From the NCBI GenBank assembly GCA_016187125.1, contig JACPKF010000006.1, forward strand, positions 1 to 58,078: a stretch of DNA of 58,078 bases, given 5' to 3'. Numbering within the stretch: the stretch's first letter is position 1; the number at the start of each line of letters is the position of its first letter. This stretch comes from Candidatus Saccharimonadota bacterium. Lineage in GTDB: Bacteria > Patescibacteriota > Saccharimonadia > Saccharimonadales > UBA10212. This document shows positions 44,730-54,390 of this stretch, in pieces. Both the position numbers and the translations under genes were made by a program. The notes under the pieces were generated by a model. That model saw only the letters and a program-made list of their open reading frames with translations, was not told where the DNA came from and did no database searches.

Positions 44730-47054
44730 CTATCGGATAGCGCTATAGGATCGCTGGTTCCCCCGGGGCTTAACTATGCAAGCCCTGAGCTTGGACTTTC
44801 GATTGACTGGCGCCGGTTTTTGAGTTTTTGGGAACTGACGCCTATTGGACTGGCAAGCAATCTTGCCCTTGTAATTAGGTGGCGCTAATTTCGGGATTGG
44901 CTTAGGCAGAGATTTGGGAACGGATGGGGGTCTTTGGTTGGAGCGGGGTCTTGAATTGGATCGGGGTGGTGAGGCCGGAGGTGGAGCTGATTCAGGACCG
45001 CGGACAGGCGTTGATCGCGGGGTTGGGGATGGAGTCAGCTCAGGACCGGAGGCAGGTGTTGATGTTGAGGACGGAGTTGACTCTCGGCTAGGAGCTGGTG
45101 CTGCTGAAGGTGAAGTTGGATGCGGGGATAGCTCGGAGCTAGGAGCCGGTGATTGTGCGGGAGAAGTAGGAATTGAAGTTGACACGGAATTTGGTGAGGA
45201 TGCGGGAGTCAAGGTTGGCTCAGAGGTGCGAGCTGATGGAGGGGTTGGAGACGAGGTCAGCTCAGGACCACGGGCCGGCGATGATGTGGAAGGTGGAGTT
45301 GAGGATGGAGTCAGCTCAGGACCACGGGCCGGCGATGATGTGGAAGGTGGAGTTGATTCAGAAGCAGGAAGGGGTGATGTAGCGGATGGAGTAGGTGGAG
45401 CAGCTGGGGGTGATTCAGGACCAGCGGCTGGCGCCGGTTGTGGAGCTGGCTCAGGGCTAGGCGCTGGTGCAGAAGGTGGGGTTGATGACTCAGGACCAGG
45501 CGCTGAAATCGGCTTATCAGGTGTAGAAGCCGGTGTAGAAGCACTGGTAGCGCACGCCATTGGCGGGCCCTGCACCATACTACCCTCCATGGCATTGGCG
45601 GGCACATCAATTATTGGCGGATTGCCCAAACATACCAACATATCTTTAGAGGAGACGTAGCGGTACTGTCCGCCGATACTTTCGAAGACTTGGCCATTGG
45701 ACATGTTGCGAAAGAAGGCTCCTTGAGGTGGAGCCATAGCGGAACCTTGATAAAGTCCATATATTGCCCGTGTTTCGCGTAAATCTGGGCTGCCATTAGT
45801 ATGCAGGTATTTTAAGAGTGGGGTTGGATAAGGGTGAAGCACATACCCCTCGTTTTGATTATTGCCAGTAACGCGAAATTGCTTAAGATCCTCAGGCGTT
45901 TTTACCACTATCTGCGGTGGGAAGGCACAAAGTACCGGTACGCTTGAGTCGTGAATCTCGACAGTTCGGCGGGCAGATTGAGGAACTATATTAATAGTCG
46001 ATCTGCCGCTTGTGATTTTAATACATTCCAAAACGGCATTGTTATTAGCATGCAAGCCAAACCAGCCATATGACCGTAGATTTGCGACCCTTACGGTAGG
46101 ATCGCCGGCAACCCTGTAAATCATGCCGTTTTCCATGGGCAATGGTTTACCGGTAAAGTCCCATAGCCGCATAGTATTTGGGATCATCTGAGCCTTGTTG
46201 CGCACATTCAAATCATCTACTTCACCCTCGGTAATGGTATAAGCGTTTTGACCGTAAAAATAATATTGTTGTTTTTCGTCTTGTCTATAAACTGCAGTGC
46301 CGTGACCGGGTGGATGGTCTCCTGGCCCAGGATATCCGACTTCGTTATTGTGCACATCCTCAGTACTGACAGTTGCGCTTGGCTTTTCACCCCAAGTTTT
46401 AGTATCGGCGTCTGTCCATTGATCCATATGCTTTATCCACCACAGCCGCCCTCCAACCTTTGTATAGGCATGCCGTTCCTGCGACATAACTTCTCCACCC
46501 TCACCTATCTGGTTATATGCAACAGTGCTAGGCGCCGTATTCCCGCCATTAGAGCCTGTTGAGCCACTCAGCCTGTTACCAACTCCGTTAACGTCAATAT
46601 AGTGATCGGCATCTACTTTACTTGTGCCATAAGCTTCGCCCCGCTGAGTAAAGTTTCCATGTTCATCTTTATTAAATTCAGAAACATTGACCGATCCATC
46701 TGGATTAACACTATCAACGAATGCGACGTGAGTGCTATCCCATTGGGCTATATCACCGGCTTCCGGTCCAGTCTTTTCTGGGTCCAGCCCAGAAACTTTA
46801 TAGCCGTCATCATGTGCGCCCGTATCCCATGTATTAGCACTACCCCAATCCGATGGAATATTGACTCCGAACTCTTTATTAGCCCGCCACGCCGCATAAG
46901 AAGTACAGTTCCTGACAACAAAACCCCAGGGGTCGCTTTCATGATATACATCATTTGTTCCGGGTTTGGTGACATTGAAGGTGTTACATGTTCCTGCTGC
47001 TTGCATAGCCGGCTGACATTCCGTATAGCCCCAGTCATAGACAGGTTGATTCAC
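44730..47054 (-). CDS. CHAP-domain cell-wall hydrolase with a large middle region and a Pro/Ser/Thr-rich repetitive tail
   Basis: CHAP motifs are NCTSYAAWR (Cys) and THVAFV (His). The C-terminal tail is low complexity, with a 54-nt tandem repeat at ~45247-45356. Confidence 0.85.
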   Translation of the reverse strand: MNQPVYDWGYTECQPAMQAAGTCNTFNVTKPGTNDVYHESDPWGFVVRNCTSYAAWRANKEFGVNIPSDWGSANTWDTGAHDDGYKVSGLDPEKTGPEAGDIAQWDSTHVAFVDSVNPDGSVNVSEFNKDEHGNFTQRGEAYGTSKVDADHYIDVNGVGNRLSGSTGSNGGNTAPSTVAYNQIGEGGEVMSQERHAYTKVGGRLWWIKHMDQWTDADTKTWGEKPSATVSTEDVHNNEVGYPGPGDHPPGHGTAVYRQDEKQQYYFYGQNAYTITEGEVDDLNVRNKAQMIPNTMRLWDFTGKPLPMENGMIYRVAGDPTVRVANLRSYGWFGLHANNNAVLECIKITSGRSTINIVPQSARRTVEIHDSSVPVLCAFPPQIVVKTPEDLKQFRVTGNNQNEGYVLHPYPTPLLKYLHTNGSPDLRETRAIYGLYQGSAMAPPQGAFFRNMSNGQVFESIGGQYRYVSSKDMLVCLGNPPIIDVPANAMEGSMVQGPPMACATSASTPASTPDKPISAPGPESSTPPSAPAPSPEPAPQPAPAAGPESPPAAPPTPSATSPLPASESTPPSTSSPARGPELTPSSTPPSTSSPARGPELTSSPTPPSARTSEPTLTPASSPNSVSTSIPTSPAQSPAPSSELSPHPTSPSAAPAPSRESTPSSTSTPASGPELTPSPTPRSTPVRGPESAPPPASPPRSNSRPRSNQRPPSVPKSLPKPIPKLAPPNYKGKIACQSNRRQFPKTQKPAPVNRKSKLRACIVKPRGNQRSYSAIR

Positions 47055-47069
47055 TTCGGCAGCGTTAGC

Positions 47070-47240
47070 TCAAGGATATCCACCGTCACCTCCTTTTGCA
47101 GACTTTGGTAGCCCCAAGAAACTAACAGCAACTAAAGACATGGCTATGGCTTTACCAAATTTACTGCCCAAAACTGCTCTCGCAAAATTGCCGATGCTTA
47201 CAAGGCTCTCTGTTTCTGGTGATTTTCTTAGGTGGTTCAT
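47070..47240 (-). pseudogene. Signal-peptide segment of the CHAP gene, separated from it by an in-frame TGA
   Basis: MNHLRK...KAIAMSLVAVSFLGLPKSAKGGDGGYP-TGA-ANAAEVNQP... is in the same frame as 44730-47054. Confidence 0.55.
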
Positions 47241-47271
47241 TTTACGTCCATCGACCCGCTTATAACAAAAG

Positions 47272-47769
47272 CTATCTGCCCACAAGTTCTAATGTCTTAC
47301 TAATCGCTTCAACTAGTTCAGTTACTTCTATAGCAAAACCACGGTTTTCATCCACGTTAAATCTGTTATTCTGATTACACCCTACTGAGCTAGGAGCAAA
47401 TTGGTAGGTATATCCATCAATTACCTTAAAGGGGGTCGGGAAAAATTCATTCGGATTTTCATTAACAGAAGTACGAAATAGTCCTTTAGAAAGACCGATT
47501 TTATCTGCTCCACACAATGGCTCCACTTGGGCATATTGTTTAGATCCAAAGTTAATAACATTACGCTGTTTATCATATGAGTAATAAACATCGTTTGCTA
47601 TGTCTGAAGGAAGTTTAAACTTCACGCCCCATTCTTTGATGACAAGGTATTGACCGCTGTCAGCCGGTGGTTGATTGTTTTTTTTATTTTGCCAGGGTTG
47701 CCAAATGGCCAGAGTCGCTGCCGCGGCTAGGATTATGACTAGGAAAGTTACTATTCCCCAGCGTTTCAT
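47272..47769 (-). CDS. Hypothetical secreted or anchored protein (165 aa)
   Basis: N-terminal hydrophobic segment IVTFLVIILAAAATLAIW. Confidence 0.6.
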   Translation of the reverse strand: MKRWGIVTFLVIILAAAATLAIWQPWQNKKNNQPPADSGQYLVIKEWGVKFKLPSDIANDVYYSYDKQRNVINFGSKQYAQVEPLCGADKIGLSKGLFRTSVNENPNEFFPTPFKVIDGYTYQFAPSSVGCNQNNRFNVDENRGFAIEVTELVEAISKTLELVGR

Positions 47770-48158
47770 GGTTACCCTCTTTTCATCCGCAGTCTATAGA
47801 AAAACTGTTTTGGATGTCAACCACAAGCAAAATATTTTTCTAAAAACTACAACGGTTCAAGGGATTAATTAAACAAAAACCTAATTTTTAAAATTACCGT
47901 CTTACAAGGTTCCTTGCAATCCTTGCAAGTTGCAAGGCCTGGCCTTGCTGCATTGTAGAGTGACAGAGCCGGGTCTTGGAAACCAGAAGTTTGGGCTTTC
48001 TTTGCAAGGTAACACCTTGCAAGAGGGTGGTCTGGCGTGTGGGTCTTGGGCCGAGGGCAAATGCGATGTTCTGGCGCTGGTTTTAAGGAGTTGCGGGCGG
48101 AGTTTTTAAAGATTTAACTAAATAAAAAATTCCACCGTAAGAAGTAATCTCTTATAGC

Positions 48159-49373
48159 TTAATTAGTTGCAGTGTGACCAACAGACCAGCCAGCATGTTT
48201 ATCATCGCATGGAGTCCCTAAGCCATCTAGAGTTGTCCAGCCATCAGAGAAATAATTAAACCCCTCTTGATAATCAGCTTGTTTACCAGTAGGGTCTCTG
48301 CTAATAATGCCGGTTCCTACAAACATCTTACCCGGACCATAAGTCTCCATTGGATAATGATAACTTCCTGCACCCTTTAGATCTGTTTCACACTGAAGAC
48401 CATCATCCCCGCGGTAGATCATGTATGTGTATGTAGTACCGGTAATTCCAGATTCACACCTGATTGATTTTTTATTTGCCAAAAGGTAGCCTGATTGGAC
48501 GTCTGCCGCCTCGCTCACATAATTACACTTATCGCCACTCGGTGTATATATAGCCTCTGAAGCAATACCACCGCCCTTTAATGTATACAATGATGTAATT
48601 AGTTTTGGCTTGCTTATGGTCAAACCAGTTATTACGCTAACTGAAGAACCGTCAGAAGACATACTAACAGCTGTATTTGGCGAGCTAACAAGCAATGGTT
48701 GAGGGGCACAAAGTACAAGTGAATCGGCTTTACTAAATACCCGTTTTCTGGTGGCATTACCTTTTAGACCTTGATATGAAGCTGATAGTTCGAAATTTGC
48801 TCTAAGGATGGGTGGCATAGCACCACCTATAGGCTTCTCTACTACATTAGCTGGAGCTTTAGGTGTACTGAACTTATCACCTGCACCTGAACCAGAATAG
48901 CCAGAAACAGTACACTCACCAACAAAATCTCTTGAGGTCTCCGTCCAACGCCATGTCAAATTCTTTTCTGGTACTGAGGCATAGGCGACAAACTTGGGTC
49001 TTCCCTTTTTATCCGTTAGAACATTACCAATTTTGCAACCAGAAGTCTTTTTTTCTGGCTTAATAAAGCCTCCAGCGATTACTATATTACCAATAGTACA
49101 TTTTATAGTGTCTTGGCCATCAACCCGGGCGGCTTCGGCTCTGGATGAGGCACCTTTTTCACCACTGGCATTGGCTGTACCGCCAGCTAAAGCCAGGGCT
49201 GATACTAAGGCAGCGGTTGTAGCAATAACTTCTCTACCAGCCAAATGTTTGAGAGAATCAATAATCATTGAGCCAACTGCTCGAGGTCGACCGATCAAGG
49301 TAGGGTCAGCTTCAACAGTCACACCATCAAGAGCTTGTTCTATACCTAATTGCTCTCTATTACCGATTGTCAT
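48159..49373 (-). CDS. Hypothetical secreted protein (404 aa)
   Basis: Signal-like TTAALVSALALAGGTANASG. The protein is Gly/Ser/Thr rich. Confidence 0.6.
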   Translation of the reverse strand: MTIGNREQLGIEQALDGVTVEADPTLIGRPRAVGSMIIDSLKHLAGREVIATTAALVSALALAGGTANASGEKGASSRAEAARVDGQDTIKCTIGNIVIAGGFIKPEKKTSGCKIGNVLTDKKGRPKFVAYASVPEKNLTWRWTETSRDFVGECTVSGYSGSGAGDKFSTPKAPANVVEKPIGGAMPPILRANFELSASYQGLKGNATRKRVFSKADSLVLCAPQPLLVSSPNTAVSMSSDGSSVSVITGLTISKPKLITSLYTLKGGGIASEAIYTPSGDKCNYVSEAADVQSGYLLANKKSIRCESGITGTTYTYMIYRGDDGLQCETDLKGAGSYHYPMETYGPGKMFVGTGIISRDPTGKQADYQEGFNYFSDGWTTLDGLGTPCDDKHAGWSVGHTATN

Positions 49374-49441
49374 TATCTAACTCCTAGCTGCAAAACCATA
49401 CATTGTAATATTACACTAATTTATGCAATATGTCAAAAAAC

Positions 49442-50146
49442 TTACTGGTTGATCTGTAGGCCATCAATTATCTGTTGCCAAGTCTTTTGATTATCTTGCC
49501 AATTTTTTTCGGCGGTAGCTATAAAAAAATAGTAAAAATTATTGTTATGGATAGCATAGATTGCTTTACCCTTATACGTTCCAGCTTTACTACTAGGATC
49601 TTTGGTGCTGATTGCAAATTGCCAAGCGTTATCCTTAATAGTTTTATTGGTAAAGGGTTTTGCCTTTTCTAGACTAACTTGCCAATCCGATGGTAGCCAA
49701 TTCTTTACAAAACTTTCAATTGGACCGGCAACTAATGAATAGTTCTTATCTGGAAATGCAAAATTTGCTTTTAGGGCTAACAATTCTATATCTGTGTAAG
49801 CAGTCGCTTCTGATGTTGAAGCAGCTGATAAAAATGCTGCGCTTACTTGATTGTTTTTTGAATTAACCGATTCTTGTCTTAGGGCAATCTGGTCATTAGC
49901 CTTTTTATAATCCTTAAAACTAGAAGGTTTTAAAAATACTACGCCGCTGCCCGTTATACTACCTTCTAGATGGTAAGACCCCAAATTTGAGTAGGTATAT
50001 TTGGTTTGTGGATTATAAATTAAAAAATAATAAGTTATGGCAAACAACCCAGCTAAGACAGCAATAATAGCCAGATTTCTTTTAACTAAAGCATCACTGG
50101 ATAAACTCGCTTTTTCTGTAAGATTTTTATGCCGCCATAATTTCAT
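49442..50146 (-). CDS. Hypothetical membrane-anchored protein (234 aa)
   Basis: A single N-terminal TM segment, LAIIAVLAGLFAITYYFLIY. Confidence 0.6.
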   Translation of the reverse strand: MKLWRHKNLTEKASLSSDALVKRNLAIIAVLAGLFAITYYFLIYNPQTKYTYSNLGSYHLEGSITGSGVVFLKPSSFKDYKKANDQIALRQESVNSKNNQVSAAFLSAASTSEATAYTDIELLALKANFAFPDKNYSLVAGPIESFVKNWLPSDWQVSLEKAKPFTNKTIKDNAWQFAISTKDPSSKAGTYKGKAIYAIHNNNFYYFFIATAEKNWQDNQKTWQQIIDGLQINQ

Positions 50147-50167
50147 CTGTTTTTCCTTATTTATAGC

Positions 50168-53100
50168 TTAATAGAAAAGCGTAGCAAAGGCTGTGCCCAC
50201 CCAACCATCTTCTTTAGATGTGCAGGATACCGTTATGCTGCCACCGGGATGCAAACCACCAATAGAAAATGTGCCCGATGGATACGGAATTGGACCGCTT
50301 CCAGAACCATTATTAGCTGACCAGGACTCGTTGCAGCGTAATATTGTACCATTTGCTTGCGAGGAAGCATAAGACACTGAGGTGCGATTACACTTGCGTT
50401 GGGCATTTCTCGAGATGCATCTATTGTCAGTAATAGTAACGATCACATCTCCCCTAGGTGGCCCTGGTGGGGGTGGGGGTGGGGGGTTTGAGCAGTCATT
50501 TTGAGCCGCATCAGTGGCATATATACCTTGTTGGCCTCTATCGGCACAGGTTTTCCAACGAACTGTTTTGCTATCACTCCCACGTACACTGCCATACTCT
50601 GGTTTTGGTACACATGAAACATATACATCCTTTATAAAATCATAGTTGTTACCCGGTTGAGTATAGCGAGGGAGATCAAACCAACCAATGGTGTAGTCGA
50701 TCCATTTGCCCTGCCTAGACCAATGCTGCGAACCACGGCCATTATTAGAAGTATTTATCTTTACTCCCCCGGTAGATATTTCACAATATGCTATCTTCGA
50801 TCGATTATCAAAAGTGTCCGTTCCTTGATAGGCATCTATGTCAAAACAAAGTACTAACCTATGTAGTCCATCACGGCAGTCATTAGGCGTTAGAGGTTGT
50901 GATGTCTTGAAGCTAAAGTCATAATCGGAATCCGGCCAGATCCAGATAGTTGAGGGTTTGGATATAATAACGTGGACTGGTGGCGCGACGACGTCAAAGG
51001 ATTTATTGGCGCTGCTAGCTCTGGTACCCCAGGGCTCCACTCCTGAATGAAATGTGCCGCTATAGTGGCCAGGGCCTACCGTTTGGCTGGCGGCATTACC
51101 TACCCCCCTACAGCCGTTTGTAACGGCGGCCAGCTCTGGCGTACAGTCAGTAAAGTAATAAAACCCGGCGCCGGCAGCAAATGTCGGGCAGGCTCCATTC
51201 CAGGATAAGGTTCCGGTTCCATCGCCTTTGTCAACTAGATTCCAATCCGCAGTACAGGTTGGGGGGGATTTTTTTGTATCCCCATTAATACCAACATTCC
51301 AAGTCCTAGAGAAAGAACCGCCAGGATTATCGCAAGTAATAGTGTAAGTTTGGGTGCCATTATCTCTCCAGTTAGTAGCTATGGTTTGGTTGTCGTTTTT
51401 AGGCTGGCCTTTAAGACCCGACAGTGAAATTGGCGTCGGCCAACCGGAAGAACTACAGCTGCTGGAATTGCCGACTGACCAGCTTAGGGTGAAGGAATCA
51501 CCGGCAGTGATAGAACTTGGTCCAGAAATTGTAACCGTGGGCGGCGGCCAGGTAACTGTTAAGTTACGAGTATAAGTAGCCTCTCGAGCGGGAGGATCAT
51601 TACAAGTAATAGTGTAAGACCGGGCGCTGGTATCATCCCAATCGGTAGCTATGGTTTGATTGCCACTAATGGGTGCACCGCCGGGGTTGGAAACAGGCGA
51701 AATAGCTGGCGTCCAGTCATCGCTAAATTGGCACTGACTGGCATTATTAGCATTCCAAGTTAGAGTAAAGGAAGTACCGGCCACAACTGGGCCGGGATCC
51801 GATATGGAAGCCGTGGGGGGCGGCCAGGCGGTGACGGTTCTTTCGAGTGGGGCTCCGCCGCTGCCGGGGCCGCTACAAGACAGCGTAAAAGTAGTTCTAT
51901 TGGTTATGCTAGGGATGTTTTGACTGCCGGTGTTGGTTGAGCCGGACCAGGTTGAGGGAGGCAGATTTTTATTGCCGCTCCAGTCAGCCCTTGGCGCGGC
52001 GGCCCTGGCGCTACAGCCACCAGCGGCATCGGTACTGGTCCAAGCCAGCGCGGCACTGCTGTCAGTGTAAGCGGTGCCTTTTTGGCCAAAGTCATCAGTG
52101 GTTTCGCTGTCTACGGCGTTAATTGTGAAATCTAGAGTCGGCGCCGGCGTATATATAATAGGATCGCCCAATTGATTACAGACGGCTGGAGGGCCATCTA
52201 ACTGGGTATAGCTATAGGGACTAGTAATGCCAACCAGACGCTTGCAAACAGCGCCGGCGGAACGGAGGGCGTACTCCGGTATGGAGTCGCTGAAAGGATC
52301 AATATTTTCATCGCTGCCGCTAATATCGAGTCTAGCCTGCAGCCGCTTAGCCACCCCGCCTGAGGTAGCCGTAGCGTCAATTAATGCTTGTACACGCAAG
52401 ATTTTCAAGATTTGACCGCCGGCGTTGTTAGCTTGAATTCTGACATCAGCTTGATTGTAAATGGGCGTAAGCCGCAGATAAAAATAATCGAGCTTGTCGG
52501 GCAGCGCGATAGCCGCGGCCAGGTTGCTAATAATAAGGTTGCAGGTGAAGTCGGCACTGCCGTTAAAGCTGCCAACCCCGAGTTCTTTAGTGCAAGCCAC
52601 CGGCAATGGACTACCGTTCTTCATGGCGGAGTAGCTCTGCGTCGGCACCGGACCTGAACTGCTTTGAGGGTATAAGAAGACGGTTTTAGAATTAGCCTCT
52701 AAATTAGCCACGCTACCGCCGGTTGGCACCGGATAAAGCGTGAGCCTGAGCAGCGGCAAATAGTTGTTGGCGGAACCGTTCCAAGTTGTTATATCCAAAA
52801 GCGGGGTACTCGACGGAGGATAGCCGGTGACTTGAGTATTTGTCGGCTGCCAAGATAGCATGATTTTATCTAGTTCGCCGGGACTGGCCGAAGTGGTCAT
52901 CTTGATAACCCGGGATTTACTGGGCGGCAGTCGTTGGTAAAGGAGGTCTTTGGGCTCTTGATTAACTAATAAGCAAGTGTAGCGGGTACTGCGCCCGGCA
53001 TCGCCGGACAGATTGGAATCATTATAAAACGGGCCGGGTGCGGTTGAGCTGCCTATCAAGCTTCCCTCGCCGCTGCAACTAGTCGAAGCAGCCGTGGGGT

Positions 53101-53347
53101 GATCCTTGATATAACTAGCCGCGTCATTAATAGCCGACTGAGCGCCGTAACTGGCAATATTACTGGCTTGATTGTTGGTTGAGTTGTTAACCGAGCGGTC
53201 CGTGAGGCGGGCAAAACCCAAACTTATTAGGGTTATAACCACCGTCAGCACCGTAACCACGACAACCGAGGCCAAGCCCCTTTCACCACGCACCTGTTTA
53301 GGCATAGGCATAAGCTTAATTCTACTAGATTGGCGCCCAATTTTCAT
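50168..53347 (-). CDS. Giant PilX-N-domain protein (pilus-associated adhesin-like) with three tandem ~95-aa domains
   Basis: The N-terminus ERGLASVVVVTVLTVVITLISLGFARL resembles PilX_N. Repeats have the form WPPPT..I....V.AG.SFTL.W......C......YTITC. There is a poly-Pro tract PPPPPPPGPP. Confidence 0.7.
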   Translation of the reverse strand: MKIGRQSSRIKLMPMPKQVRGERGLASVVVVTVLTVVITLISLGFARLTDRSVNNSTNNQASNIASYGAQSAINDAASYIKDHPTAASTSCSGEGSLIGSSTAPGPFYNDSNLSGDAGRSTRYTCLLVNQEPKDLLYQRLPPSKSRVIKMTTSASPGELDKIMLSWQPTNTQVTGYPPSSTPLLDITTWNGSANNYLPLLRLTLYPVPTGGSVANLEANSKTVFLYPQSSSGPVPTQSYSAMKNGSPLPVACTKELGVGSFNGSADFTCNLIISNLAAAIALPDKLDYFYLRLTPIYNQADVRIQANNAGGQILKILRVQALIDATATSGGVAKRLQARLDISGSDENIDPFSDSIPEYALRSAGAVCKRLVGITSPYSYTQLDGPPAVCNQLGDPIIYTPAPTLDFTINAVDSETTDDFGQKGTAYTDSSAALAWTSTDAAGGCSARAAAPRADWSGNKNLPPSTWSGSTNTGSQNIPSITNRTTFTLSCSGPGSGGAPLERTVTAWPPPTASISDPGPVVAGTSFTLTWNANNASQCQFSDDWTPAISPVSNPGGAPISGNQTIATDWDDTSARSYTITCNDPPAREATYTRNLTVTWPPPTVTISGPSSITAGDSFTLSWSVGNSSSCSSSGWPTPISLSGLKGQPKNDNQTIATNWRDNGTQTYTITCDNPGGSFSRTWNVGINGDTKKSPPTCTADWNLVDKGDGTGTLSWNGACPTFAAGAGFYYFTDCTPELAAVTNGCRGVGNAASQTVGPGHYSGTFHSGVEPWGTRASSANKSFDVVAPPVHVIISKPSTIWIWPDSDYDFSFKTSQPLTPNDCRDGLHRLVLCFDIDAYQGTDTFDNRSKIAYCEISTGGVKINTSNNGRGSQHWSRQGKWIDYTIGWFDLPRYTQPGNNYDFIKDVYVSCVPKPEYGSVRGSDSKTVRWKTCADRGQQGIYATDAAQNDCSNPPPPPPPGPPRGDVIVTITDNRCISRNAQRKCNRTSVSYASSQANGTILRCNESWSANNGSGSGPIPYPSGTFSIGGLHPGGSITVSCTSKEDGWVGTAFATLFY

Positions 53348-54378
53348 GGCCCCTGCCCCCTATATACGCCCGTAGCCAGACGGCTAACGGCGCAGAATTG
53401 TTGGTTAGAGGAACCGCCTTTGCAAAAAACGGTGCTGGGATCATTGGCGACTGTGAAGTCTAAAAGCTCATCATCACCATAAGCTACCACCACCGAGACA
53501 TTGTAGAAATTGGGGCTGACACTTAGGTTTTGTTGCAAGTTAAATGACTCCAGGCGCATATTATTGCCAAGTATTTCTATAGGCTGATTAAAGGCCACGG
53601 CTCCGGCCGGACAGGCTCCGCCGGCAAGATCATCGCAGGGCGTGGCGCAGGCCGTAGCCCCCGGCAGTACATCTTTTAAAAGACCAAAGTTACCGCCAGC
53701 GGCCAGCGGAGCGTGTTTGGGAGTATCCGCCAAGTTGACTTTTTTGCCAATATTATAAGTGTAGCGGCTATTGCCGATACAGTAGTAGCTGTAGCCACCA
53801 GCGTTTTGAGGCGATGAAATATTAGCGGCCGTTTGGAAATTGCCGACTATGTCCTGGAACAGTTGATTAACCACGCTTTGAGTTTGGGTGGATGATACGC
53901 CTTGATAAAACAAACGGCCGATTTGCAAAAACCCGGCCAGGGCTGTCATCAGTACCAAAGAGAACACGGCTGTAGCTATTAGAAGCTCAACAATAGTAAA
54001 TCCCCCAGAACTTTTTGGCCGGGCTGGTCTGTTTTGGGCAAAGCCCAAATTCTGCCAGCCCTCTTGGCGCATTGCGGTGTCAGCTGCGTCCGTTACTCGC
54101 TCACCGTATTCTCCCATACGGCTCGCTCGCTTCACACCTTTGCTTTCTTGCACTGCATCCAAGCCAAAATGTCTGGCCTTTTTGTGTATCCTTCGTTGCA
54201 TAGACAATATCCAGCTCTGAAACCAGGTTTTTTTCTTCCCCTGGCTGGCTTGCGCTTTACTCAAGCACGTACGCCAGATGCTACTAACTACAGTAATAGA
54301 TCGGCTCGGTCCTAAATGCTGGATAAATTTCTTATTCACGCAGGCCGTTTTATGATTATTAGTGTTCTTCATGGTCAT
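53344..54378 (-). CDS. Type IV pilin-like (pseudopilin) protein 1; start uncertain, probably 54117 or 54072
   Basis: The prepilin motif is SSGG|FTIVELLIATAVFSLVLM. The stop overlaps the PilX-like start (ATGA). Confidence 0.8.
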   Translation of the reverse strand: MTMKNTNNHKTACVNKKFIQHLGPSRSITVVSSIWRTCLSKAQASQGKKKTWFQSWILSMQRRIHKKARHFGLDAVQESKGVKRASRMGEYGERVTDAADTAMRQEGWQNLGFAQNRPARPKSSGGFTIVELLIATAVFSLVLMTALAGFLQIGRLFYQGVSSTQTQSVVNQLFQDIVGNFQTAANISSPQNAGGYSYYCIGNSRYTYNIGKKVNLADTPKHAPLAAGGNFGLLKDVLPGATACATPCDDLAGGACPAGAVAFNQPIEILGNNMRLESFNLQQNLSVSPNFYNVSVVVAYGDDELLDFTVANDPSTVFCKGGSSNQQFCAVSRLATGVYRGQGP

Positions 54379-54390
54379 TGCCTGTTGTTT

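Noticed and set aside
47070-47072. Alternative genetic code (UGA as a sense codon, as in Gracilibacteria/SR1) to explain the in-frame TGA.
   Set aside because: The gyrB gene ends at a TGA at the expected C-terminus (...KDLDI), and all long housekeeping ORFs are intact under code 11.
53340-54380. RGD motifs in pilin 2 (SGRGDTIVE) and the PilX-like protein (PPRGDVIV) as integrin-type adhesion signals.
   Set aside because: The tripeptide is expected by chance. In pilin 2 it spans the prepilin cleavage site.
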